A stretch of DNA of 42,024 bases from an uncultured Bacilli bacterium (GTDB lineage: Bacteria; Bacillota_I; Bacilli_A; RF39; UBA660), in the NCBI GenBank assembly GCA_947628375.1, contig CANQZQ010000002.1:1-42024 (forward strand). Reading direction: 5' to 3'. Positions 1-9,149 of the stretch are shown here, piece after piece. The notes beneath the pieces are model-generated. The model saw only the letters and a list, made by a program, of their open reading frames with translations, was not told the origin of the DNA and searched no databases. Each line of letters opens with the position of its first letter. The first letter of the stretch is position 1. The position numbers and the translations under genes were made by a program.

Positions 1-3000
1 GTAATATAGAAAGATATAAAAAAGAGAGTAAATATAACTATGAACCAGATAAAGAAGAAAAGGAAAAAGAATATGAAATAATAGAAGAAAGAATCAAACA
101 TTTAGAATGGTTACAAGAGATATTACCAAAAGAAGAACAAATAAAAGTAAGAGAAGATATAATATATATACTTAAAGATTTAGCAAGATTAGAAAAGAAT
201 ATAGAAGAGTATACATATCAAAACAAAAATAGCATAACAGAAGAAAGTAAAAATGAAGAAATAAATAATATATTAGAAATTCCTTTTGATATAGAACATA
301 AAGAAGAGATATTAAAGAAAATAGAAGAAATAGAAAGAAAATACCGCGCCTTTTATGAATACAAAGAACATCAAGAATATGGAGATATTGCCATAGATGA
401 AAGTGATTTAACAAATATCTATAATTTAAAGTTTGGTGCTCTAACAATAAGTAAAGATGGAATAGTAGATACATTTGTAAATGATGAAACAGATAAAATA
501 GAAATCGAATATTATCAAAATATCATATTCAGTATGATTCAAGATATAATAATGGGTAAAAATGAAGTATTTAATGAAATATTTAGTAAAGATTATACTA
601 AAGCAATTCTTTTAGTAAAGAAAATATTTATTGATAAAGGCTCAAATGTTTTAACTGATTTTGGCCTTCTCAATTTATTAATATCTTTTAATACAAAAGA
701 TGGATTATATAACTTTTTTACCAGTACTAAGTATCCGATGACAATTAATGACTGTCAAATTTTTGATTGGGATGAATATTTGTCCTTAGAAACTATTTAT
801 TTTATAAATAGGGCTTGTAATAAACATACTAATTTATATAATTATGTAGGGCCTAATAGTTATCATTACGACGATAACTATTATGATTTATATTTAATAT
901 ATCGTAAATTTTATAAACCTACTGAAGAAGATAAGTATTATTTACCTGAAGGTATAATTGAGATAAACGAACAACCTAGTAATAATTTAGGAAAGACCGA
1001 TTTAGAGCTTATAAATAAAATTCAAAGTGATTCTAAAGAAAAAGTAGTGTACCTTCCTAAAAGTTTAAAAACGGTTAACCGTATTGTAACGCTATTTGAG
1101 GATAATAGTCTAAAAGGTATTGTTTTAAATGATGGGTTAAGAGAGTTAGGCGCATATGCTTTTTTTAATCAACGATTTGTTGACATTACTTTTCCATCAT
1201 CTATTACTAGAATTTCAAAAGATGTTTTTAATTACCGCTATATTGAAAATGTAACTATTAAAATAAATAAAGATAATTACGATTTAATTAAATATGATAA
1301 TATTAAAAATATTTTTATAAATACTATTACTGGTATTTTAAATAATCATATAGAAGATAATCTAGGAAGTATATCGGTTGGTATAAATGCTGATGATCCT
1401 CCTATAGAAGAAGATGTTAGAAGTACTGTTAAAACTTTAACTATTTATTTTGAAGATTTAGATGATGACATCATAATTAATTTACACGATTTACAAATTC
1501 CTTTTTCTAAGTCTCGAAAAAAAGACTATTCTTCAATTTATCTTAATATATTATATAATCAAATAAAGTTAGCTTTAAAAAATAAAAGAAAAGAATTTAA
1601 TGAATTGCAACAAGTGTTACCAGAAAATGAAAGAATAAAAATACATAATGATTTAAAAGGCTTTCTTGTTGATTTAAATATATTAAATAGAAAATTGAAA
1701 GAATATATAGAATTAAATAAAGACGAAGTTCAAAAATTAAAAATTCATATCGAAGATTTTAATGTTTATAAAAATTCATATGAACCAACAATCAGTGGTT
1801 TACAAGGTACCTATGAAGTTGAATTAAAACCATATGAAGCAAAATTTAAATTATATAGATATTTTAATATGATTAACATAAATGAAATTAATATGTTTTA
1901 TTATGCTAAATATACTTATTTAACCGCATTTGATGTAGTAAAACCTTTTGTTAGTGAAAATACTATAAATGAAGAATTAGAATATTATAAAGAAATTGTT
2001 AATAATATAATTGAACATTATAGAAATTATAAACCAAATAATAACTCTGAAATAACTATTGGAAAAATAATTAATTTAAATTTAAAATTATTAGGTAATG
2101 CATCAAGTGAAGATATTCTTAAAGATTTTTATCTTTTAAATCTCTTTTTAGCTCTTGATAATCCTAAAAGATTATATAATTTTCTTCATTCATTTAATGA
2201 TGCATATATAACTGAATACTATAGAGATAATTCATTAATTAAATTTGAAGATACTATTCCATTAAGTACCGCCTTTTTAATAAAATACTACTCGTGTGAT
2301 TATGATAATTTTGATATCAATTTATATAAAGATAAAAAATATACTATTACTAAAGATTTTTTAGAATTATTTCATTTAATTTATTTAAATTATAGTTTAA
2401 AAATTGGTGAAACTAAAAAGTATAAAGAATATTTAAAACTACCTAATACCTTTTATTTATTTCCTGAAGGAATAAAAGAAATTAACTTAAAAAATAGAGA
2501 TGAAAATGACCCAATTATTAACAATATCCAAAATGATCTTTTTAATAAAGATGTCATTATGCCTCGTACGTTAAAAGTTTTAAAGGGTGATTTATTTAAT
2601 CATAAACCTAAAGGAAATGTTTACTTAAATGAAGGTTTAGAAACTCTTGATGTAATAAATTTAGCTTTTACTGATGATGAAGAAGTAACTATTCCTAGTT
2701 CTGTTAAAGAAATAATAGGTTTTGTACCAATTTATCTATCTGATTATTCTTTCAAAAAAATAGTATTTAATAATTTTAATTTTGAAAATAGAAAAGTTTT
2801 AGTTAATATCTTTGATATTTTTTTAAAAACAAATTTAAGATTTTTTATTTTTAACTTTACATTAATCTTTCATTACGATGATTTAAATGAAGATATAATT
2901 CCCAAACTTGATTTATCTTTATATGATTCTATTAAATTTGCGGGAAATAATAAGTATAGTAGTCAAGTTATTGAAGATATTGTTAATAATATTGAAAAAG

Positions 3001-3044
3001 AAGTGCAAGAAAAAAGAGGCAATAGTAAAAAACTAGAAAAATAG
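1..3044 (+). CDS. Large protein truncated at the 5' window edge: Glu/Lys-rich coiled-coil-like segment followed by two BspA-type leucine-rich-repeat-like modules
   Basis: I translated frame 3 from nt 3 to the listed ATG at 534 (NIERYKKESKYNYEPDKEEKEKEYEIIEERIKHLEWLQ...) and found no stop, so the 836-aa ORF in the track is a minimum. Two similar modules lie at roughly aa 135-265 and 655-790 of the listed ORF. Each starts (Y/F)YLxPEGIxEIN and carries LN(D/E)GLxxL... and (F/T)(I)PSS(I/V)xxI motifs reminiscent of BspA-like LRRs. Confidence 0.6.
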   Translation, partial: NIERYKKESKYNYEPDKEEKEKEYEIIEERIKHLEWLQEILPKEEQIKVREDIIYILKDLARLEKNIEEYTYQNKNSITEESKNEEINNILEIPFDIEHKEEILKKIEEIERKYRAFYEYKEHQEYGDIAIDESDLTNIYNLKFGALTISKDGIVDTFVNDETDKIEIEYYQNIIFSMIQDIIMGKNEVFNEIFSKDYTKAILLVKKIFIDKGSNVLTDFGLLNLLISFNTKDGLYNFFTSTKYPMTINDCQIFDWDEYLSLETIYFINRACNKHTNLYNYVGPNSYHYDDNYYDLYLIYRKFYKPTEEDKYYLPEGIIEINEQPSNNLGKTDLELINKIQSDSKEKVVYLPKSLKTVNRIVTLFEDNSLKGIVLNDGLRELGAYAFFNQRFVDITFPSSITRISKDVFNYRYIENVTIKINKDNYDLIKYDNIKNIFINTITGILNNHIEDNLGSISVGINADDPPIEEDVRSTVKTLTIYFEDLDDDIIINLHDLQIPFSKSRKKDYSSIYLNILYNQIKLALKNKRKEFNELQQVLPENERIKIHNDLKGFLVDLNILNRKLKEYIELNKDEVQKLKIHIEDFNVYKNSYEPTISGLQGTYEVELKPYEAKFKLYRYFNMININEINMFYYAKYTYLTAFDVVKPFVSENTINEELEYYKEIVNNIIEHYRNYKPNNNSEITIGKIINLNLKLLGNASSEDILKDFYLLNLFLALDNPKRLYNFLHSFNDAYITEYYRDNSLIKFEDTIPLSTAFLIKYYSCDYDNFDINLYKDKKYTITKDFLELFHLIYLNYSLKIGETKKYKEYLKLPNTFYLFPEGIKEINLKNRDENDPIINNIQNDLFNKDVIMPRTLKVLKGDLFNHKPKGNVYLNEGLETLDVINLAFTDDEEVTIPSSVKEIIGFVPIYLSDYSFKKIVFNNFNFENRKVLVNIFDIFLKTNLRFFIFNFTLIFHYDDLNEDIIPKLDLSLYDSIKFAGNNKYSSQVIEDIVNNIEKEVQEKRGNSKKLEK

Positions 3045-3070
3045 TTTCACAAGTTTTTGTGAAATTTTTT
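3045..3070 (+). terminator. Rho-independent terminator
   Basis: TTTCACAA-gttt-TTGTGAAA hairpin directly after the TAG at 3042-3044, followed by TTTTTT. Confidence 0.7.
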
Positions 3071-3121
3071 CTTATAAAAAAGGAAATCAAAGAAAAAAGT
3101 CATAAATATATAGTAGGAGGA
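3062..3121 (+). repeat. ~60-nt purine-rich leader element, copy 1 (copy 2 at 32553-32614)
   Basis: aaattttttcttataaaaaaggaaatcaaagaaaaaagtcataaatatatagtaggagga aligns by eye with aaatttttctaaaaaagaaggaaatgaaagaaaaaaagctaatatatatagtgaagggagga. Both end in a GGAGGA Shine-Dalgarno followed by an ATG. Confidence 0.6.
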
Positions 3122-3125
3122 CTAG

Positions 3126-3320
3126 ATGAAAGTAATAGATGAAATCCTACTAAAAGATATTTTATGGGAAATAAAAAATAATAATCAAGTTACTGAAATA
3201 TATTTAGCTAATAAGTATTTATGTAGTGAAAGAACTATAAGAAGGTATATAAAAATACTTAAGAATAAGAATTTAGTAAAAATTGAAGGTTATGGAAGAA
3301 AAAGGAAGTGGATAGTATAA
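3126..3320 (+). CDS. Small winged-helix/HTH DNA-binding protein (64 aa)
   Basis: GGAGGA RBS 6 nt upstream. The SERTIRRYIKILKNKNLVKIEG segment looks like a DeoR/HTH_11-type recognition helix plus wing. Confidence 0.55.
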   Translation: MKVIDEILLKDILWEIKNNNQVTEIYLANKYLCSERTIRRYIKILKNKNLVKIEGYGRKRKWIV

Positions 3321-3364
3321 ATTAAAAAAGTATGTTATAATAAAAGAGCTATTTAGGAGGTAAC

Positions 3365-3805
3365 ATGAAAGTAATATTATTAGAAGATGTTAAAGGAAAA
3401 GGTAAAAAAGATGATATTATAAATGTTAGTGATGGTTATGGCAATAATTATTTAATTAAAAATAAATTAGGGGTTTTATATACTGAAGGTAGTAAAAAAA
3501 TATTAGATAAAGAGATAACTAAAAGAAAAGATGAAGAAGATGCTTTAATAACTGAACTTATGAAAGTTAAAAATAAATTAGAAGATAAGAATATTTTATT
3601 TAAAGTAAGTGCTGGTAAAGATGATAAAGTATTTGGTAATATATCATCTAAACAAATAGTGGAGGAGTTAAAAAAATTAGGATTTAATATTGATAAGAAA
3701 TGTTTAAAAATTGATCATAATATTGACTCTTTAGGAACTCATAAAGTATTAGTTGAATTACATAAAAGAGTTAAATTTAATATTAATATAGTTGTAAGTA
3801 AGTAG
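3365..3805 (+). CDS. rplI: 50S ribosomal protein L9
   Basis: MKVILLEDVKGKGKKDDIINVSDGYGNNYLIKNKLG is the typical L9 N-terminus. It is 146 aa, has an AGGAGG RBS, and sits immediately upstream of dnaB as in other Firmicutes. Confidence 0.95.
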   Translation: MKVILLEDVKGKGKKDDIINVSDGYGNNYLIKNKLGVLYTEGSKKILDKEITKRKDEEDALITELMKVKNKLEDKNILFKVSAGKDDKVFGNISSKQIVEELKKLGFNIDKKCLKIDHNIDSLGTHKVLVELHKRVKFNINIVVSK

Positions 3806-3813
3806 GTGATGAT

Positions 3814-5160
3814 ATGGCAAGAGCAATGCCATCAAATAAAGAAGCAGAAATGAGTGTTTTGGGTGTTATTTTTCTTGATAATACTCTTGTTGATAGTATT
3901 TGCGAAGAAGTAAATGCTGAGATGTTTTTTGATGAAAGAAATAAATACTTATTTGAAGCAATATATGAACTTCATAATAATGGAATACCTATTAATGCTG
4001 GAATGGTTAAAGAAGAACTTGATAAAAAGAAAAGATTAAATTCAATTGGGGGATTATCATATATAAGTGAAGTTATTGATTCAGTTGAAACAAAAGCTAA
4101 TTTAGAATATTATATTGCTATTTTAAAAGAAAATTATACAAGAAGAAATTTAATAAATGCCGCAACAGAAATTGTTAATGCTTCATATGATGAGGATGAT
4201 TTAACTAATTTACTTGATAATGCCGAAAGAAATATTTTAAATGTTGTTAAAACGAGAAATATTAAAGATTTTGTACCAATTGGTGAAATATTAAGAAGAG
4301 CTCAAGCTAAATTAGAAGAACTTGCTAAAAATAAAAAATTAATTACTGGTTTAGAAACGGGATTTTATGATTTTGATAAAATTTCAACCGGATTTCAACC
4401 GGGTGAGCTTATTATTTTAGCAGCTCGTCCTGCTATGGGTAAAACTGCTCTTGCTTTAAATATGGCTACTTATGCAGCGACTAAAACAGAGAAAGCGATA
4501 GCAATTTTTAACTTAGAAATGCCCGCAGAACAACTTGTTAATAGAATTATAAGTGCGCAAGGGGGAATTGAAGGATATAAACTTCAAACGGGTAATATGA
4601 GCGAAAAAGATTGGAAACGTTATAATGAAGCTATGAATACTTTAGCTAAAACTAATCTTTATATTGAAGATAATACTGGTCTTACTTTAGGGGAAATTAA
4701 AGCTAAATGTCGAAGACTTGCTAATATGCCTAAGGGACTTGGTTTAGTAGTAATAGATTACTTACAACTTTTAACAACCGGTAATAAAAGAGTTGAGTCA
4801 AGACAAGTTGAGGTATCAGAAATATCAAGAAGTTTAAAAACTATGGCTCTTGAGTTAGGAGTACCAGTTCTTGCTTTAGCTCAACTTAATCGTAGTAGTG
4901 TAACTAATAAAAGAGAAGGTAATTTACCAATGCTTTCTGATTTAAGAGAATCTGGTTCTATTGAACAAGATGCGGATATGGTTTTGTTTATAAATCGTAA
5001 AGATTACCATGAAGCTAAAAAAGATCAAAAAGAAAAAATAGTACCGGCAGAATTAATTATTGCTAAGCACCGTAAAGGAAGCCTTGGAACAATTGATTTA
5101 TTATTTGAACTAAATATGAGTGCCTTTAGAAGTGTTGCACCTAATTTAGAGGAAGAGTGA
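3814..5160 (+). CDS. dnaB: Replicative DNA helicase (DnaB family; DnaC in Bacillus nomenclature)
   Basis: N-terminal NKEAEMSVLGVIFLDN, Walker A ARPAMGKTALALN, VVIDYLQLL, SRSLKTMALELGVPVLALAQLNR, and 448 aa length. Confidence 0.95.
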   Translation: MARAMPSNKEAEMSVLGVIFLDNTLVDSICEEVNAEMFFDERNKYLFEAIYELHNNGIPINAGMVKEELDKKKRLNSIGGLSYISEVIDSVETKANLEYYIAILKENYTRRNLINAATEIVNASYDEDDLTNLLDNAERNILNVVKTRNIKDFVPIGEILRRAQAKLEELAKNKKLITGLETGFYDFDKISTGFQPGELIILAARPAMGKTALALNMATYAATKTEKAIAIFNLEMPAEQLVNRIISAQGGIEGYKLQTGNMSEKDWKRYNEAMNTLAKTNLYIEDNTGLTLGEIKAKCRRLANMPKGLGLVVIDYLQLLTTGNKRVESRQVEVSEISRSLKTMALELGVPVLALAQLNRSSVTNKREGNLPMLSDLRESGSIEQDADMVLFINRKDYHEAKKDQKEKIVPAELIIAKHRKGSLGTIDLLFELNMSAFRSVAPNLEEE

Positions 5161-6716
5161 TTATGAAATTAAAAGATAAAATAATAACATTTGTTATATG
5201 TTTAATAGTTATTTCTTTGTATGTTGTAATAGCAAGTTATAATTATATGGATAATGATATTAAACATGTTTATAATGTTTATTTAAATAATGAAGTAATT
5301 GGTTCGATAACTAATGAAGATGATTTATATGCTATGATTAATCGTAAACAATCTTTAATTAAACAAAGATATAATGTTGATAATGTTTATCCACCAGAAA
5401 ATTTAAAAGTAGTTGAAAATTATTCTTATGATGCTAAAATAACTAGTATTGATAGTATATATAATAAAATAGAAGAATTACAAGATTTTACTATTTTAGG
5501 TTATGAAGTAACTTTTTCGGCTTATAAAGGTGATAGTGAGGAAGATGAAAATAATCATGATGCTTTTAATGTTTATATATTAGATAAACAAATATTAAAT
5601 GATGCTTTAAAAGAATTTATTTTAGTTTTTATAGAAGATGAAGAAGATTTTAATAATTATATGAATGGTACACAAGGAACATTAGAAGAAATTGGTACAA
5701 TCTATGAAAAATTAGATATTTTAGAGGATATTACTATTAGAGAAAAATATATTAGTGTTAATGAAAAAATATATGAAAATAGTGAAGAATTAGCCCAAGA
5801 TTTATTATTTGGTTTTAATCATAAAGAGAATAGATATACTGTTAAAGAAGGGGATACTATTGAAAAGATAGCCGAAGCTAATAAACTAAATAAACAAGAA
5901 TTTTTAATAGCTAATCCTAAATATACTAGTGAACAAGCATTGCTTACTATTGGAGAACAAGTTAATGTAACCTTAATTAATCCTGAGATTTCTTTTTCAG
6001 CGATAGTATTAGAAATGAAAGAAGAAGAGGAAGATTATAATACTGTTATTGAAAGAGATAATACTCAAGCTGCAGGTTATGAAGAAATTAAATTTCCGGG
6101 AGTTAAAGGTTTATCGTTACAAACTAAAAGATATACTAATGTTAATGGTGAAACATTAAATGATGTTGAATTAATTGGAGCTCCAACAATTATTCGGGAA
6201 AAAGTAGATAGAATCATTGTTAAAGGAAGACAATCATCAGGTGGATCATGGGGTAAAGAGACAGAAACATATATTGGATCTGGATGGTTATGGCCAACAG
6301 AAGTTCCGTATTCAGTTACTAGTGAATATGACTGGCGTTGGGGAAAAATGCATAATGGTATTGATATATCAGGTACACCGGCTGATTCCCATGTTTTAGC
6401 AGCAAATGACGGCGTAGTTGTAAAGGTTAATACTTCATGTTCTAGTTATGGTGGATCACACTTATATGATATGTGTGGTAGTGGTTATGGAAATTATGTA
6501 GTCATTGATCATGGTAATAATATTTTTACTATTTATGGTCATATGCTTCAAAATGTTATTGTTAAAGTTGGACAAAATGTTAAAATGGGTGATTATTTAG
6601 GATTTATGGGTAATAGTGGTTCTTCAACTGGTCGCCATTTACACTTTGGTTATTCAATTGGTGATCCTCTTTCAGGAGGAAAATTTAAAAATCCGAGGGA
6701 GTTGTTTCCAAGATAA
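5157..6716 (+). CDS. Membrane-anchored LysM / G5-like / M23 metallopeptidase (cell-wall endopeptidase)
   Basis: N-terminal TM helix. LysM segment YTVKEGDTIEKIAEANKLNKQEFLIANP. M23 motifs HNGIDISG, GNYVVIDHGNNIFTIYGHM and GNSGSSTGRHLHFG. The GTG at 5157 overlaps the dnaB stop (GTGA); ATG at 5163 is an alternative start. Confidence 0.85.
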   Translation: MIMKLKDKIITFVICLIVISLYVVIASYNYMDNDIKHVYNVYLNNEVIGSITNEDDLYAMINRKQSLIKQRYNVDNVYPPENLKVVENYSYDAKITSIDSIYNKIEELQDFTILGYEVTFSAYKGDSEEDENNHDAFNVYILDKQILNDALKEFILVFIEDEEDFNNYMNGTQGTLEEIGTIYEKLDILEDITIREKYISVNEKIYENSEELAQDLLFGFNHKENRYTVKEGDTIEKIAEANKLNKQEFLIANPKYTSEQALLTIGEQVNVTLINPEISFSAIVLEMKEEEEDYNTVIERDNTQAAGYEEIKFPGVKGLSLQTKRYTNVNGETLNDVELIGAPTIIREKVDRIIVKGRQSSGGSWGKETETYIGSGWLWPTEVPYSVTSEYDWRWGKMHNGIDISGTPADSHVLAANDGVVVKVNTSCSSYGGSHLYDMCGSGYGNYVVIDHGNNIFTIYGHMLQNVIVKVGQNVKMGDYLGFMGNSGSSTGRHLHFGYSIGDPLSGGKFKNPRELFPR

Positions 6717-7480
6717 TGAGAGTATGTATACTTGCAAGTGGTTCAAAAGGAAATTCCACTTATATTGAAACTAAGAATCATAAAATTCTTCTTGATATGG
6801 GAAAAAATAAAAAATATATAGTAGAGGCTTTAAAAAGTATTGGAATAAATTATAAAGATATAGACATTATTTTAATAAGTCATTTACATAATGATCATAT
6901 TTCAGCATTAGAGTCATTTATTCAATCTGTACCTGCAACTGTTTGTATGCCTCAAGAAATGTTTGCTTCTTTAGAGAGTTTACAAAATTATGATCATATA
7001 AAAATATATGATGATGAAATTAACTTTGATGGTTTAAAAATATACGCTATTAAATCAAGTCATGATGCTATAGCTTCTAGAAATTTTATAATTGAAGAAG
7101 ATGGGGTATCTATTGTTCAAATAACTGATACAGGTTATATAAAAAGTAAATATTTTAATTTATTAAAAAATAGAGATGTTTATTTTATTGAAAGTAATCA
7201 TGATATTGAAATGCTTACTCATGGATCTTATCCTGATTGGCTTAAAAAAAGAGTTTTAAGTGATGAAGGCCATCTTTCTAATGAAGCTGCTGGTTTTTAT
7301 CTTTCTAAATTAATTGGTGATAAAACTAAAAAAGTATATTTAATGCATTTAAGTGAAGAAAATAATCGACCAGAAATAGCTTTAAAAACTGTTAAAGATA
7401 CTTTAAAAGAATATGATATTGAATTTGATGATATTAATTGTGCGATGCAAAATAATATTAGTGAAGTGATTACTTTATGA
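6716..7480 (+). CDS. MBL-fold metallo-hydrolase, YycJ/WalJ-like
   Basis: HLHNDH (HxHxDH) motif, 254 aa, and followed by rlmH as in Bacillus. Confidence 0.8.
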   Translation: MRVCILASGSKGNSTYIETKNHKILLDMGKNKKYIVEALKSIGINYKDIDIILISHLHNDHISALESFIQSVPATVCMPQEMFASLESLQNYDHIKIYDDEINFDGLKIYAIKSSHDAIASRNFIIEEDGVSIVQITDTGYIKSKYFNLLKNRDVYFIESNHDIEMLTHGSYPDWLKKRVLSDEGHLSNEAAGFYLSKLIGDKTKKVYLMHLSEENNRPEIALKTVKDTLKEYDIEFDDINCAMQNNISEVITL

Positions 7481-7914
7481 TAAAAATAGTTTGCGTTGGT
7501 AAAATAAAAGAAGATTATTTAAATATGTTAATTAATGATTATGCTAAAAGAATTAATAAGTATCATAAATTAGAAATAATTGAAGTTAAAGATAATGATA
7601 ATTTAGATATCGAAACTAATAATTTATTAAAAGTAATAGATAATAAAGATTATAAAATTGCTTTATGTATTGAAGGAGTAAATTATGATAGTATTTCTTT
7701 TTCAAAGCATTTAGATAATCTTTTTAATTATCATAGTAATATAACTTTTATAATTGGTGGCTCAAATGGTTTAAGTTCTAAAATTATAGAGTTATGTCAA
7801 GAAAAAATAAGTTTCTCTAAATTAACTTTTCCACATGGTTTATTTAGAGGTATTCTTTTAGAACAAATTTATCGATCTTTTAAAATAAATAATAATGAAA
7901 GTTATCATAAGTAA
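7477..7914 (+). CDS. rlmH: 23S rRNA (pseudouridine1915-N3)-methyltransferase RlmH
   Basis: MIKIVCVGKIKEDYL start, IIGGSNGLS, and the C-terminal FSKLTFPHGLFRGILLEQIYRS typical of the SPOUT enzyme RlmH. ATGA overlap with the upstream gene. Confidence 0.85.
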   Translation: MIKIVCVGKIKEDYLNMLINDYAKRINKYHKLEIIEVKDNDNLDIETNNLLKVIDNKDYKIALCIEGVNYDSISFSKHLDNLFNYHSNITFIIGGSNGLSSKIIELCQEKISFSKLTFPHGLFRGILLEQIYRSFKINNNESYHK

Positions 7915-7937
7915 TATTTGAAGGAATAGTGATTTAA

Positions 7938-8597
7938 ATGATAGGTAATGATTGGGATGACGTATTAAAAGTAATTGAAGATAGTCCAGGATTTAAAAAA
8001 TTTTTACAAATAATTAATGATAAGTATGAACATAGTATTTGCTATCCTCCTAAAAATTTAATCTTTAATGCTTTAAAATTAACTAGTTATCATGATGTAA
8101 AAGTAGTTATTGTTGGCCAAGATCCATATCATGGAGAAGGAGAAGCACATGGGTTATCTTTTAGTGTACAAAAAGGAGTAAAAATACCGCCCTCATTACA
8201 AAATATTTATAAAGAATTAAATAGTGATTTAGGTATTCCGATAGCTACTTCGGGAGATTTAACAAAGTGGGCTAGGGAAGGAGTTTTAATGTTAAATGCT
8301 GTTTTATCAGTGGAAAAAGATAAACCAGCATCTCATCGTAATTTAGGATGGGAACTTTTAACAAATTATATTATAAAAGCTCTTAATCAAAAAGAGACTC
8401 CAGTTGTTTTTATTCTTTGGGGTAACTTTGCTAAAGAAAAAAAGAAATATATTACTAATCCTCATCATTTAGTTATTGAATCCGCTCATCCTTCACCATT
8501 TTCCGCATCATATGGTTTCTTTGGCTCTAAACCATTTTCCAAAACAAATGAATTTTTAATTAAAAATAATATAAAGCCAATTGATTGGCAAATTTAA
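7938..8597 (+). CDS. ung: Uracil-DNA glycosylase
   Basis: Family-1 UDG motifs VVIVGQDPYHG and ESAHPSPFSA; 219 aa. Confidence 0.95.
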   Translation: MIGNDWDDVLKVIEDSPGFKKFLQIINDKYEHSICYPPKNLIFNALKLTSYHDVKVVIVGQDPYHGEGEAHGLSFSVQKGVKIPPSLQNIYKELNSDLGIPIATSGDLTKWAREGVLMLNAVLSVEKDKPASHRNLGWELLTNYIIKALNQKETPVVFILWGNFAKEKKKYITNPHHLVIESAHPSPFSASYGFFGSKPFSKTNEFLIKNNIKPIDWQI

Positions 8598-8605
8598 ATT
8601 AAAAT

Positions 8606-8647
8606 AAAACCGATGTTAAAAGTTTATAAGCTTTCCTCATCGGTTTT
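8606..8647. terminator. Possible bidirectional hairpin between convergent ung and the LemA-like gene
   Basis: AAAACCGATG (8606-8615) pairs with CATCGGTTTT (8638-8647). The loop is 22 nt, so this is a weak call. Confidence 0.35.
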
Positions 8648-9148
8648 ATTATTGTTATATAAAGTTATTACTTGATAGTTAGTAATCTTAGCTATAATAT
8701 TATAGGGAAATTGTTTAATTAATTTATTATTTAATATTGCATTATCATTATATATTTTTTTAGCCGCTACTAAAGATTCATTTATTTCTCTTAAACTTTG
8801 TAATTTTTTATTAAAATCACTATCTTTAGCTAATTTTTTAAAATCATATGCTAAATTATTAATTAAGTTATTAGCTTCATCTAATTTAAAATCTTTTTCT
8901 ATATTAGATATTTCTTCATCTTTATTTAAATAATCTTTTAAATAATCTTTTTTATCGTTTAATTTTTTTATATTAGTATTTATATTTATAATAATATCTT
9001 GTTTTTTAATTAAATTCTCATTAATAATATTTTCAGCTTTAATCATTTTTTCTTTATAATTTTTTAATCTATTTATACCGATAAAATATATTAATAATAA
9101 GACTGATATTATTAAAATTAAGATAACTATTATTTCTATATAAACCAT
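8624..9148 (-). CDS. N-terminally anchored coiled-coil protein, LemA-like
   Basis: Single N-terminal TM helix followed by a helical ~150-aa region. It has the size and layout of LemA, but the sequence resemblance is weak. Confidence 0.35.
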   Translation of the reverse strand: MVYIEIIVILILIISVLLLIYFIGINRLKNYKEKMIKAENIINENLIKKQDIIININTNIKKLNDKKDYLKDYLNKDEEISNIEKDFKLDEANNLINNLAYDFKKLAKDSDFNKKLQSLREINESLVAAKKIYNDNAILNNKLIKQFPYNIIAKITNYQVITLYNNNKTDEESL

Positions 9149-9149
9149 A

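Noticed and set aside
172-474. 100-aa minus-strand ORF at the window start
   Set aside because: It lies antisense to the open + frame that continues into the 534-3044 ORF, and it shows the same purine-skew artefact.
6217-6399. 60-aa + strand ORF inside the M23 peptidase gene, and similarly 14627-14815 inside metG
   Set aside because: They are out-of-frame internal ORFs within well-supported conserved genes and have no RBS.
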